Source of the DNA: Octopus bimaculoides
Taxonomy: Eukaryota
Direction of reading: 5' to 3'
NCBI RefSeq assembly: GCF_001194135.2
Contig: NC_068993.1
Location: forward strand, 28,752,915-28,800,168
Length of the DNA: 47,254 bases
Part shown: positions 1-10,171 of the stretch, in pieces
Position numbering within the stretch: position 1 is the first letter of the stretch
Layout: every line of letters begins with the position of its first letter
The notes under the pieces: model-generated
Seen by the model: the letters and a program-made list of their open reading frames with translations, nothing else
The model's database searches: none
What the model was told of the DNA's origin: nothing
Made by a program: the position numbers and the translations under genes

Positions 1-218
1 GGTAAAACAATTTAATTTTTTAATATAAGGAGTGAACAGTTTTACTTTATGAATTTATATATATGAAAATAAAAGCATAAAAATAAATTTTCACATAACA
101 AATGTTTTTGTATTCTTTCTTTTATCATTCTTTCACTCATTTCAGCCACACTGAAAGATTTTTACTTGAATGAATTATCCCCAAGACTTTTTAAAAGCCT
201 GATACATATTCTATGAGT

Positions 219-448
219 CTCTTTGCCAAACTGCTAAACACACTAAATGGTTGTCAAGGGATGGTGAGGAACAAACACACACACACATACACAGCAGGTT
301 TCTTTCAGTAGTTTCTGCTTACCAAATACACTCAGAAGGCTTTGGTTGACTGGAGACTGTAGTAGAAGATATTAATCCAAGCTGTCACACAGTGGGACTG
401 AATCCAGAGCCATAGGCTTACAAAGCAAGCTTCTTACCACACAGCCAC
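219..448 (-). mobile_element. tRNA-derived SINE, family A (degenerate copy)
   Basis: Reverse complement reads GTGGCTGTGTGGTAAGAAGCTTGC...GGATTCAGTCCCACTGTGTGAC..., matching the cleaner copies at 28555, 36124 and 38160-38699 (box A/B-like head plus body). Confidence 0.8.
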
Positions 449-739
449 ATATTTACAAGGAAATTTGACACACACAACAAAGGTAAAAAGGAAACAAAGA
501 GATAAAAGAATCACATGTGAATTAGTTTTTCATAAGGAAATTTGTATTTTCTGAAAATAAAAACCAACATATACCCTTATTAAATGTACAATAGCAACAA
601 AAAAACAAAAACACGAACCAAAATTATGTCCCTTGTTTTAGAAATGTCGTAAGCAACATACCTGTTCATTTAATACCTCACATGGTCCTTACTATACTTT
701 GAGAAGCTGGACAACAAAGCAAACCAGTTAGTTAAATAG

Positions 740-740
<1 letters not shown>

Positions 741-794
<54 letters not shown>

Positions 795-809
795 AATAAT
801 AATAATGAT
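741..809 (+). repeat. (GAT)n-(AAT)n compound microsatellite
   Basis: Seen directly in the sequence. Confidence 0.95.
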
Positions 810-811
810 CT

Positions 812-1095
812 TATGAGCAAACCTCAGAAGGAGTCACTGAGAATGAAAATTGCAAAATCCTGTAGGATGCAATGATCCAGTGCAATCACCTGACCAAACA
901 TTGGAAACTGGACATTGTTGCGGTGAATAAAAAAAAGAAAGAACATGCATGATAATCGACATAGCATGTCCTGGTGACAACAGCATCAAAGGGGAAGAAG
1001 AAAAACTGAACAACTACGATGATTTGAAGGCGAAAATACGAAGGTTGTGGTTAATGAGGAGAATAGACATGATACCAATAATAATTGGTGCACTA
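812..1095 (+). pseudogene. R4/Dong-like non-LTR retrotransposon restriction-like endonuclease (RLE) fragment 1
   Basis: Translates as YEQTSEGVTENENCKIL*DAMIQC...KLDIVAVNK / TCMIIDIACPGDNSIKGEEEKLNNYDDLKAKIRRLW...IPIIIGAL. This is a decayed PD-(D/E)xK-type RLE pattern with one stop and one frameshift. Confidence 0.75.
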
Positions 1096-1357
1096 TGGAA
1101 TAACAACAGAAAAAAGATGGTATAAACACACGCCAGAAAAGGTCACAGAAAACGAGAAAGCAACCATACTCTGGGATATGCCAATACACACAGATAGAGA
1201 AATTAAGGCAAATAGACCAGATATAGTTGTCAAAGATCATGAAGAAAAAAAATGCTTTCTAATTGATGTATCAATACCAGCAGATGACAACGTCTCTCTA
1301 AAAGAAATGGAAAAACTTTCAAAATACAAAGACCTGGAAATAGAGGTAACTCGAATG
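1091..1357 (+). pseudogene. R4/Dong-like RLE fragment 2 (runs into gap)
   Basis: HYGITTEKRWYKHTPEKVTENEKATILWDMPIHTDREIKANRPDIVVKD...CFLIDVSIPADDNVSLKEMEKLSKYKDLEIEVTRM carries the canonical RPD..D..K RLE motif. Confidence 0.85.
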
Positions 1358-2359
1358 NNNNNNNNNNNNNNNNNNNNNNNNNNNNNNNNNNNNNNNNNNN
1401 NNNNNNNNNNNNNNNNNNNNNNNNNNNNNNNNNNNNNNNNNNNNNNNNNNNNNNNNNNNNNNNNNNNNNNNNNNNNNNNNNNNNNNNNNNNNNNNNNNNN
1501 NNNNNNNNNNNNNNNNNNNNNNNNNNNNNNNNNNNNNNNNNNNNNNNNNNNNNNNNNNNNNNNNNNNNNNNNNNNNNNNNNNNNNNNNNNNNNNNNNNNN
1601 NNNNNNNNNNNNNNNNNNNNNNNNNNNNNNNNNNNNNNNNNNNNNNNNNNNNNNNNNNNNNNNNNNNNNNNNNNNNNNNNNNNNNNNNNNNNNNNNNNNN
1701 NNNNNNNNNNNNNNNNNNNNNNNNNNNNNNNNNNNNNNNNNNNNNNNNNNNNNNNNNNNNNNNNNNNNNNNNNNNNNNNNNNNNNNNNNNNNNNNNNNNN
1801 NNNNNNNNNNNNNNNNNNNNNNNNNNNNNNNNNNNNNNNNNNNNNNNNNNNNNNNNNNNNNNNNNNNNNNNNNNNNNNNNNNNNNNNNNNNNNNNNNNNN
1901 NNNNNNNNNNNNNNNNNNNNNNNNNNNNNNNNNNNNNNNNNNNNNNNNNNNNNNNNNNNNNNNNNNNNNNNNNNNNNNNNNNNNNNNNNNNNNNNNNNNN
2001 NNNNNNNNNNNNNNNNNNNNNNNNNNNNNNNNNNNNNNNNNNNNNNNNNNNNNNNNNNNNNNNNNNNNNNNNNNNNNNNNATATATATACATGTGTGTGT
2101 GTGTACACACACACATGTGCATGCACATATATAATGCCTCCAATTATACATAGAGGAGGGCAAATGTGTCAGAGCCTACTATATTCACAAAGTAACAAAC
2201 AAGAAAGTCCTCCGTACAAACATATGAATAACTATAGTTCTATTTGTTTCCAATCAGAGCAGCTACTGGTATTCCTTACACCTTTGTTATCATTTAGTGA
2301 AAATTTGTATCTGTGTCACTGACTGGAGGAACATGATGGGTATATAGTCTGTGTTGTGA

Positions 2360-3575
2360 GTTAATTAAAGCATAACACATTGAGTTTGTTTGTAACATGT
2401 ATTTGTTTATTGTTCCATTTCTTATTCATCACTGAGTTACCTCACTGATAGAGAGGTTTTATAGAATAGTTAAGTAAAACCTGTCCTCCACAAATATCTA
2501 TATTTCAAGGGTATTTTGTTATGTAGAGTTTCTTGATTTCTTGGCAGTGTACCATCATTCTTTTTCAGCATGTTATACATGTTTGTCTGATATAGTGTTC
2601 TAGGCAACTTTATATGTTATAATGAATATTAGGTTGTCAAGTTGCAGGAGAATTACTTTTAATTTTGAGGGTAAGGCCCTCTTTGAAGTGAAATGCAAGG
2701 CCCTCCAATAGATAAATACATACGTAGTTTAGCCAGGTGCATTTTCTGACCTTACGATCTGTTGTCTCACTATGTAGCTTTGCACTGGTCAGTTTCCCTT
2801 TTTAATGATTTTGTCTGCCTATTATTTTTTACATTTTGGATGTCTTTTCAACACGCTCTTCATTTCCTTTTTGGTCCTGTAATAGTATTGGTAAATTTAA
2901 ATAAATGTTGGTGAAAATTTCAATGTTTTTCTTTTTGTATTTTGTTACTTGAAGTTCTGGGTGTTTATTTGGATGTTTATTTGTCTGGCTTTCTGAATTC
3001 CAAATTTAAAAGTTTCTTAGGAACTTTCTTATGATGAATACTTTTTTTCATTTTGTCTAATCTTCAGTCACTTTTTTTTTTTTTTTTTGGTTGGGGAAAT
3101 ATGATACAATTGTACATGTTCATTTTGCTAGATTGTATGGAATGCTACTTCAAATACGTTTTGGGTGACATAATGTAAAGAGGAGATATCGTCATGAGTT
3201 TGTGGGTTTATAGTATATGTCCATTTCTAGTATAGTGACACTTCTTTCTATTAGAATGTCTAAGAAGAGGAGTCTATTGTTGCTGAATTCCAGGGTAAAT
3301 TGAATGTGAGGGTTGATATTGTTCTTAAGATTTTGGAATTTTTTCTGTCTGTCAATATTTTCTGTCCATAAAAGGAAAAAAAAATCTAGCAATCTCTTCC
3401 CATTTTCTTTCAATTTTGGGCTGAATTCTCTAAAATTCTCCTGAGGATATTTCTTAGATTTTCAGTTCATAGTGTTTCATGACTAAGTTGGCAAATGTTC
3501 AGGCAACTTTCGTTCCCATGACTGTTCCTAGCTTTTGTCCATAGGTTATGTTATCAAATATGAAGTAGTTATTTT
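2360..3575 (-). mobile_element. Penelope-like element fragment (RT core/thumb plus decayed GIY-YIG)
   Basis: Minus strand gives NYFIFDNITYGQKLGTVMGTKVA*TFANLVM, KRLLD (FLDD-like), NINPHIQFTLEFSNNRLLFLDILI..MDIYYKPT and IPYNLAK*TCTIVS, with a YIRQT (YIGQT-like) motif near 2590. Confidence 0.8.
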
Positions 3576-3799
3576 CCTATTCCGTTCCCTGTTCAGTCCC
3601 CATTTAAATTACAAACAGAGTTACAAATACACAGTGATATGAGATAGATTTACAAATACTGGCAAGTGATACACTTGAATCATAAAAGTGATTGATTGTA
3701 ATGGTAAAGTAATATCAAAGTTGAATTGATGGATGGTTGGAAGATTGAGAGGATTGATAATGTGCAATTATGAAACAATTTATTGATGGGTGATTATTA

Positions 3800-4232
3800 T
3801 CAATTTTGCAGAGCTTCTTGATATACTACATTTTTGGTCTTGCCCTCTGGGGCATAAATAAACAAATGTTTTGGATTGCCAACACTTGAGCATCATACAT
3901 ACAGTTGGCCATGGGAAGAAACAGGTTCTACAAGGTTTAGATCTACCACCTCCAAGGACTGTCCCTAGTCTGTGTTTGTGGTCATTGCAAAACTCAGTTT
4001 TACAGGAAATTGTAGCCGCTTGAACTCAAATGACATGACAGAAGGAATTAGTAGAATTCATGGTATGAAGACAACCTCACCACTTGCTTTGCCAGTGAGA
4101 ATGGTTGTCTCTAAGATTCTTGGCATCATCTTGTTGATTGTAAGTTGTGTGCCATTGCAAGGCTTGGATGAATCCAGGTTTTTAAAAGCATCACTGGTGT
4201 GCCAATTTTGAGGTGTAAGTTGTCAAGTAGGA
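3800..4232 (-). pseudogene. Helitron RepHel C-terminal Pif1-type helicase fragment
   Basis: Minus strand reads LHLKIGTPVMLL / NLDSSKPCNGTQLTI...ILTGKASGEVVFIP*ILLIPSVMSFEFKRLQFPVKLSFAMTT...GQSL...SHGQLYV*CSSVGNPK..TKNVVYQEALQN*, covering Pif1 motifs IV-VI. Confidence 0.9.
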
Positions 4233-4239
4233 TGCATGA

Positions 4240-4630
4240 GTTAAGTGATAGGTAAAAACTAAAGAACAAAGTATTAAAATTTGCTCTTCTGTTCAGTAAA
4301 CACATTCTCTATCTCCTGTTCTGTCCCTGTCCCTCTTTCTCTCCATCTGTCTCTCACATTCCCTGTCTCTGTCTCCTCCCTGATGTTTCACGCATGTGTA
4401 GAATTCTACTGAAACAGCAGATGTCAAAAATATTAAAAAACCCAACATGCTAGATATAACAGCTAAACGACATTATTTCTGGAAAAACTTCCCCGCTTTC
4501 TGAAAAGCTATGAGTGAAACATTCAGAGGTGATGGATGGAGGTTGGGGAAGGAAATTTGAGTGTTTCTTTAAGAAAAAAAAAAAAAATTCTTAAAGATTC
4601 GTAATCTCTGTTTTTCTATGTGGATTAAAA
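4240..4630 (+). repeat. Copy of a local repeat family: 4240-4380 recurs directly at 7025-7200; 4378-4630 recurs inverted at 6345-6642
   Basis: By-eye alignment, e.g. TGATGTTTCACGCATGTGTAGAATTCTACTGAAACAGCAGATGTCAAAAATAT against the reverse complement at 6588-6642. Confidence 0.8.
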
Positions 4631-4688
4631 TAAAGTAATTTCAAGTGAAGTTGAGCTGTAAATTTCTAATTCATACTGAAGTTTGACC

Positions 4689-4689
<1 letters not shown>

Positions 4690-4755
<66 letters not shown>
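4690..4755 (+). repeat. (TG)n microsatellite
   Basis: Seen directly in the sequence. Confidence 0.97.
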
Positions 4756-4756
<1 letters not shown>

Positions 4757-5050
4757 AAAAAAAGTTGTTTTTACATACCTTTATTAATTTTAAAGAAGAA
4801 AAACTAGGGGCGGACCTTAACCATGATTGTTAAGCCCCCATAGAATTTTATGCACGTATTTGTTGTAGTCATCGTGAAAGACAAACATTTATGAAAATAT
4901 ACACATAAATAAGTTATGTTTACAGACCATGTTTGTAATTATCTTTATAATAGATAGCCAAGTTTATGAAATTGAATTAAATCCAAGTTTAGTCATAGGT
5001 CAAACAACTTAGTAAAGTTTTAACAGTTTTGTGACAACATAATCTTGATA

Positions 5051-5265
5051 AGACGGTGTGCTGGCAGAAACAGTAGCACTCTACGCAACATGCTTAGTGG
5101 TATTTCATCTGTCTTTACGTTCTGAGTTCAAATTCCGCTGAGGTCGACTTTGCCTTTCATCCTTTTGGGGTCGATAAATTAAGTACCAGTTGCAAACTGG
5201 AGTTTATCTCAATGACTGGGCTCCTCCCCAAAAGTTTCTGGCCTTGTACCTAGAGTAGAAAAACA
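5051..5265 (+). mobile_element. tRNA-derived SINE, family B
   Basis: Box A-like CTGGCAGAAACAGTAG, box B GAGTTCAAATTCC, body GACTTTGCCTTTCATCCTTTTGGGGTCGATAAATTAAGTACCAG. Homologous to 33257 and 33437. Confidence 0.85.
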
Positions 5266-6239
5266 TAGTGTCTCGATGCACTCTAATGAAAAAGTGAAAG
5301 AAAGAGATAATTCCTCTCTCTTTGGAAGAGAAATTAATTTCTGACGCACTAAAACCTCCCATAACTTTTTTATTTTTAAGAATTTTTACAAAATTTTCTC
5401 GATTCTGTCTTCTGCATAATGGAATTAATACAATTATCAAAAAAAAATTTTTTTAATATATTTTACCCCACACCTGTAATTCCAAAACTTTCCATTATCA
5501 AGTCTTGCGAGATTGTGTAAGAGAAAAACATTTACTAACAGAAAATTATGTCATTAGAATAAATTATCTCTAAAACACCTTTAAATTATTACCGCTTCCA
5601 GTGTTTCTGGTTTTCGATGAGAACACAAGTTACATGTAACCTTTCTTGTTTCCTATGAGACCCTTCTTTGCTGGGAAAACTGGAAGAGTGACATAATATG
5701 CACTCTCTCTTTATTTCTAACAAAACAGATCCTTGTTTTCATAGAAATGAGAGTGACCCCTGGTGAGATCACAATCAAATTGAAATTTGGATTGTACACA
5801 TCATGGGCAAGTTTTCAAGTTTTATTACTTGATCCGCAATAATTTGAAGGTATGTTACAGATAGTTTATTTTCATAACATAATTCTCTGTTAGTAAATGT
5901 TTTTCTTGCAACAATTTAAAGGTATGTTAGGGAAAGTTTATTTCGAGAACATCATAATGGCGATTCTCATATCGAAGAATCACCTTAATTTTCTGTTAGT
6001 AAATGATTTTCTCTTACACAAAAACACACAATTTTGATTTCGAAGTAGTTAAAAAATTAATTGAAAATTATAAACAGAAACGAATGGCAGAATCGGTCTG
6101 TCTGTATTTTAAGACCAAATGAAAAAAAGAGGGAAAACCGTGAAAAGTTTCACAATTAGGGAGGTAGGGGGAAATATGGAAAAAATATTATTGGATAATT
6201 TGCGCCCCCACTTTTTTTCCATAATTTTTTTTGATTTCT

Positions 6240-6932
6240 GTTTCCGATAAAGGAGATTAGGATTTTGCTCAAAAAACACGTTTTCAAAATTTTAATTTCC
6301 CTCTCCCCACCCCAATTTTTTAATTCTTAACTTTTTTCGAATTTTTTTTTTCTAATCCACGTACAAAAAATACAGAGATTACAAATCTTTAAGAATTAAA
6401 AAAAAAATTCTTAAAGAAACATTCAAATCCCCTTCTCCAACCTCCACCACCCATCACCTCTCCACTTTCAAAAAGCTAAAAACTCCGAATATCTCACTTT
6501 TAGCTTTTTAGAAAGCGGGGAAGTTTTTACAGAAATATTGTCATTTAGCTGTTGTTTCTAGCATGTCAGGTTTTCTGGTGATGGTCTGATATTTTTGACG
6601 TCTGCTATTTCAGTAGAATTCTACGCATGCATGAAACATCAGACGAAAGTGAAACATTTTTTGAAAGTGGGGGGAGGTGATGGGTGGGTGAGGTGGGGAA
6701 GTGGCATTGAGTGCTTCTTAAAGAAAAATTTTAATTTCAGAAAGAAAAAAATTCCTAGATTCGTAATCTCTGTATTTTTCTACCTGAATTAAAAAAAATT
6801 CGAAAAAAAACTTAAAGTGAGGGAAATCAAAATTTTGAAAACGATTTTTGGGCAAAATCGTAATTGCCTATATAAAAAACATAGAAATCCGAAGAAAAAA
6901 AACACCGAAAATGGGTGGTGTACATGTACTAG
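6240..6932. repeat. Fold-back pair of inverted repeat copies (about 6240-6465 vs about 6665-6885); right arm ends in a hairpin plus CTAG (Helitron-like 3' end)
   Basis: The arms are reverse complements (e.g. TACAGAGATTACAAATCT / AGATTCGTAATCTCTGTA; GTTTTCAAAATTTT / AAAATTTTGAAAAC). An ACACC..GGTGT hairpin at 6902-6921 precedes CTAG at 6929-6932. Confidence 0.6.
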
Positions 6933-7406
6933 ACACTTTACCATTCACTTGTTAGTTTAGCATCTGTTGTTGGACATATTGTAAAAGTTTTTACTGAGCA
7001 TACAGTAGTTAACTCACTAAAGCGTGTGCATTAAATGATAAGTAAAAATGAAAGAACAAAGTATTTAAATTCGTTCTTCCCTTCAGTAAACACATTCTCT
7101 CTCCTCCACTCTGTCCCTGTCTCTCGATGTCTCTGGCTGTCTCTCGTTGTCTCTGGCTGTCTCTCACATTCCCTGTCTCTCTGACTCTTCCTGTGTCCTC
7201 CCCTTCAATGATATCAGCCACCCTCATTATGCTACCACATTTCCCTCAACGGGTTATTCATCTATGGAAGAAAATGAAAGACATCTATAGTGTTATTGTT
7301 TCAGTTCCCTGTCTCTGTCTGTTCCTGTCTCTTCCCCTTCCCTGATATCAGCCACCAAATTTCCCTCAACCTAACAGTTTTTGCACCCTTCTCATTTTAT
7401 CATATA

Positions 7407-7572
7407 ATAGCACAACCCCCGTAGGGGGCCCATTATCGATTTTTATTGAAATCCAATTAGCCTATAATTGAACTGGATGTTAGTTCAACATGTTTGTAAA
7501 GTTTGATGATGATTGGTTCGCTGGTATGGCAGCAAGATGGTGACAGGCAGAAATTGCCATTTATATATAAGA
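7407..7572 (-). mobile_element. Short non-autonomous Helitron-like element
   Basis: Minus strand begins A|TCTTATATATAAA and ends with a CCCCC-TAC-GGGGG hairpin followed by TTGTG-CTAT|T (CTAG variant), inserted between A and T. Confidence 0.6.
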
Positions 7573-7802
7573 TATATATATAAATTTATAACAGTATTAC
7601 AAAAGCCTCGAAGCGTCTTTAATAAATTAGAAGAGGTACACCAAGGGAAGATGAAAGCAGTTAAATCGTCTTAGCAGGAACGATTATTATTATTATTATT
7701 TACTAATAGTTTAATTTGGATCCATGCAACTTAAAGTTTCATAGGCTCGTCATATGAACCTAGCTCATCAGGTTTAGGTGACTGAATGAAGAGATGGAGG
7801 AA

Positions 7803-8030
7803 GTTCAAAATGGCTAATGGAGATTGAGCTACAACTGATTAAGGAGGGTCACATGGTGCTGCTGATATTGGTATTGAAATACTAGTGACATCAAATACAT
7901 CAAACTGAAGTCTCAATTCTATATTCTCAGACCACACGGCTGGACAGGATGTTGATGGCACCTCATTGTCTAGGTAATATGGGTGACAATCTTAAGTGAG
8001 ACCAACTGCTGCCCTGGGTATGTATGTGTG
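7803..8030 (+). repeat. Unclassified repeat; inverted copy at 9865-10082
   Basis: TTCAAAATGGCTAATGGAGATTGAGCTACAACT...CTAGGTAATATGGGTGACAATCTTAAGTGAG aligns to the reverse complement of 9865-10082. Confidence 0.7.
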
Positions 8031-8580
8031 GGCATACCTACTGTATGAACGTGTGAGTTTGCATAGCTGTTGAGTATGCATGTGTGTCTGTTGTGTGCAC
8101 GTGCGTGTGAGTTGATGCATCAACTCTTTGGTGTATACATATGTATCTGCATGGGTGGGTGTAGATGTTTACTTGGGTGTGATTATATTTGTATTGGTGG
8201 GTATCAGCTGTACGTATATGCTTGTGTGCATGTATACATGTGTGTGTGTATGCGTATATGTGTATGCATCCATGCTGATTTGTATGTGTGCATATACGCA
8301 TNNNNNNNNNNNNNNNNNNNNNNNNNNNNNNNNNNNNNNNNNNNNNNNNNNNNNNNNNNNNNNNNNNNNNNNNNNNNNNNNNNNNNNNNNNNNNNNNNNN
8401 NNNNNNNNNNNNNNNNNNNNNNNNNNNNNNNNNNNNNNNNNNNNNNNNNNNNNNNNNNNAGGGGTGTGTATATTACATCTGGTGTGTGTATATGCATACC
8501 AACGATATTTGTGTGAGAATATCTGGTGTATGCTCTGGCATGTGCATATACGGAACTAGTGCGTGAGTATATGTGTGGAC
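8026..8580. repeat. Degenerate (TG/TA)-rich low-complexity tract containing a gap
   Basis: Seen directly in the sequence. Confidence 0.85.
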
Positions 8581-8680
8581 TGGTGTGCCGGTGTGTTGTT
8601 TGGCACCACTTGGTAGCAACGTCAATGAGGGGATAACTAGGTTTAATGTGCTAGGGGAAGAAATAAATAAATAAGGACAG

Positions 8681-8699
8681 AAAGAAATAGAGAAAAGAA

Positions 8700-8743
<44 letters not shown>

Positions 8744-8751
8744 AAAGAAAG
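8681..8751 (+). repeat. (AAAG)n microsatellite
   Basis: Seen directly in the sequence. Confidence 0.95.
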
Positions 8752-8859
8752 CATATGTAAAGATGTGTGTAAGTGTGTACACATATAAAGATAACCATGG
8801 AAGATTACAGAAAATACATAAGGCTGGAAAATCTGTGGGTGCAGTGGAACCTAAATACC

Positions 8860-9830
8860 CTGCCTTGCTTAGTGGGCAACTTAGGTGGTACATCTGAGCT
8901 GTTGGCAGCAATATGAGAGTTTGTTTTTCCTCTTGATCGATACTACAGATTGCAAGAGAACATGTAGTCTTTCATGGAGGCAGAATTGACAATTTAGGGC
9001 ACCAGGTAAGTAAAGTGAAGTCTTCTCAATGATAGTCCATTTGATCTTGAGAATGTCATTCCAGGGGTCTCCAGATAAAGTGGTATAAGGAGGTGGAATT
9101 TTCTTGAAAACTGCATTTGCGGAAATGCATATTTTGCGTGTTCCTTCCCTTGAAGTCGTTGGCCATCCTGCCTGTGTAGTGCCTTGTGATACCATCGGAT
9201 GCGAAAGTGGCTCTGTAGACCACAGCCCTTGAAAGGCAGAATCCTCCCAGAGGAGTACAAGTTGGAGTTGGAGACTATGTGTGTGTGCTAGCGTCTGTTG
9301 TAGCATGCAATGTCAGCAGCAATGTTGTCTAAGCAAGGGTAGCTAACCTCGACATTGTGTGGGTTGGAAGCTTATAGCACTTATGTTCTTTGAGTAAATG
9401 CTTCTAGATCAATAACAGGAAGTTCCTAGCTATGCTAGCAGAATTTTCTAGGTTACATGGAAGGTTGAACCAGATTATCTTTATTTTTCTAGTTCTCTTT
9501 GGGTGCAGAGATGGGGGTGGGGTCTTCCATATATATTAACTTCGTGGTTAATCCACTCCACACTAATGCCTCATTGTAAAGCTGGGGAAACCTTATTGAA
9601 GATCTTATTATCAGCTGAAAGTTTAGAGGTTCTTCTGCTAATCCCTGAAATGAAGTTTCTAATTATAGCAGGAGGAGTGGGGTAGGGCTTTTCTGGATAA
9701 ACATAATTTCCCTTTTGGGCTTCCTGTAAGGGTAGTACTTGCCCGTTTTCAGGTCTAGGGGTCAAGTCCAGGTAATCGACTGTTGTCGAATTAGTGGTAA
9801 TAGTTATGGATAAGTCGAATACGTAACAGA
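8860..9830 (-). mobile_element. Penelope-like element fragment (RT thumb plus C-terminal GIY-YIG endonuclease)
   Basis: TNSTTVDYLDLT...PPAIIRNFISGISRRTSKLSADNKIFNKVSP (PLE thumb), plus FRIRWYH and IKWTIIEKTSLYLPGALNCQFCLHERLHVLL..IKRKN (GIY-YIG C-terminal CxxC pattern). Frameshifted. Confidence 0.8.
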
Positions 9831-9864
9831 TATGCACGTACTCACACACTCAGCAGGTATACCC

Positions 9865-10082
9865 CACCATGCACACACATCCACGCCGACAAATGACCTC
9901 ACTTAAGATTCTCGCTCATATTACCTAGAACAACGAGGTACAACCAACATTCTGTCCACCACGCGGTCCAAGAACTGGGACTTGTTTTTGATGTCGCTGA
10001 TTTTTAAACAACCAATATCAGCAATATCATGTGACCCATTTTAGCTAGTTGTAGCTGAATCTCCATTAGCTATCTTGAAGTT
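9865..10082 (-). repeat. Unclassified repeat; inverted copy of 7803-8030
   Basis: Reverse-complement alignment as described for 7803-8030. Confidence 0.7.
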
Positions 10083-10139
10083 AGGTTTGAATGACAAGAA
10101 ATATGTTGAGTGATTCTTTCTTTGGTCTGTCCACTCACT

Positions 10140-10171
<32 letters not shown>

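Noticed and set aside
1230-2163. Long ORFs spanning N-runs (also 10070-11381, 20805-21474, 32573-33368, 36061-36641, 38267-38725, 39504-40193)
   Set aside because: Their length comes from assembly gaps (X residues). Only flanking TE-derived parts are meaningful.
8038-8784. His/Thr/Val/Cys/Tyr/Ser-Leu-rich ORFs (also 31373-31657, 43874-44192, 44779-45101, 46043-46716)
   Set aside because: These are translations of (CA)/(TG)/(TA)/(CT)/(AAAG) microsatellites and SINE bodies.
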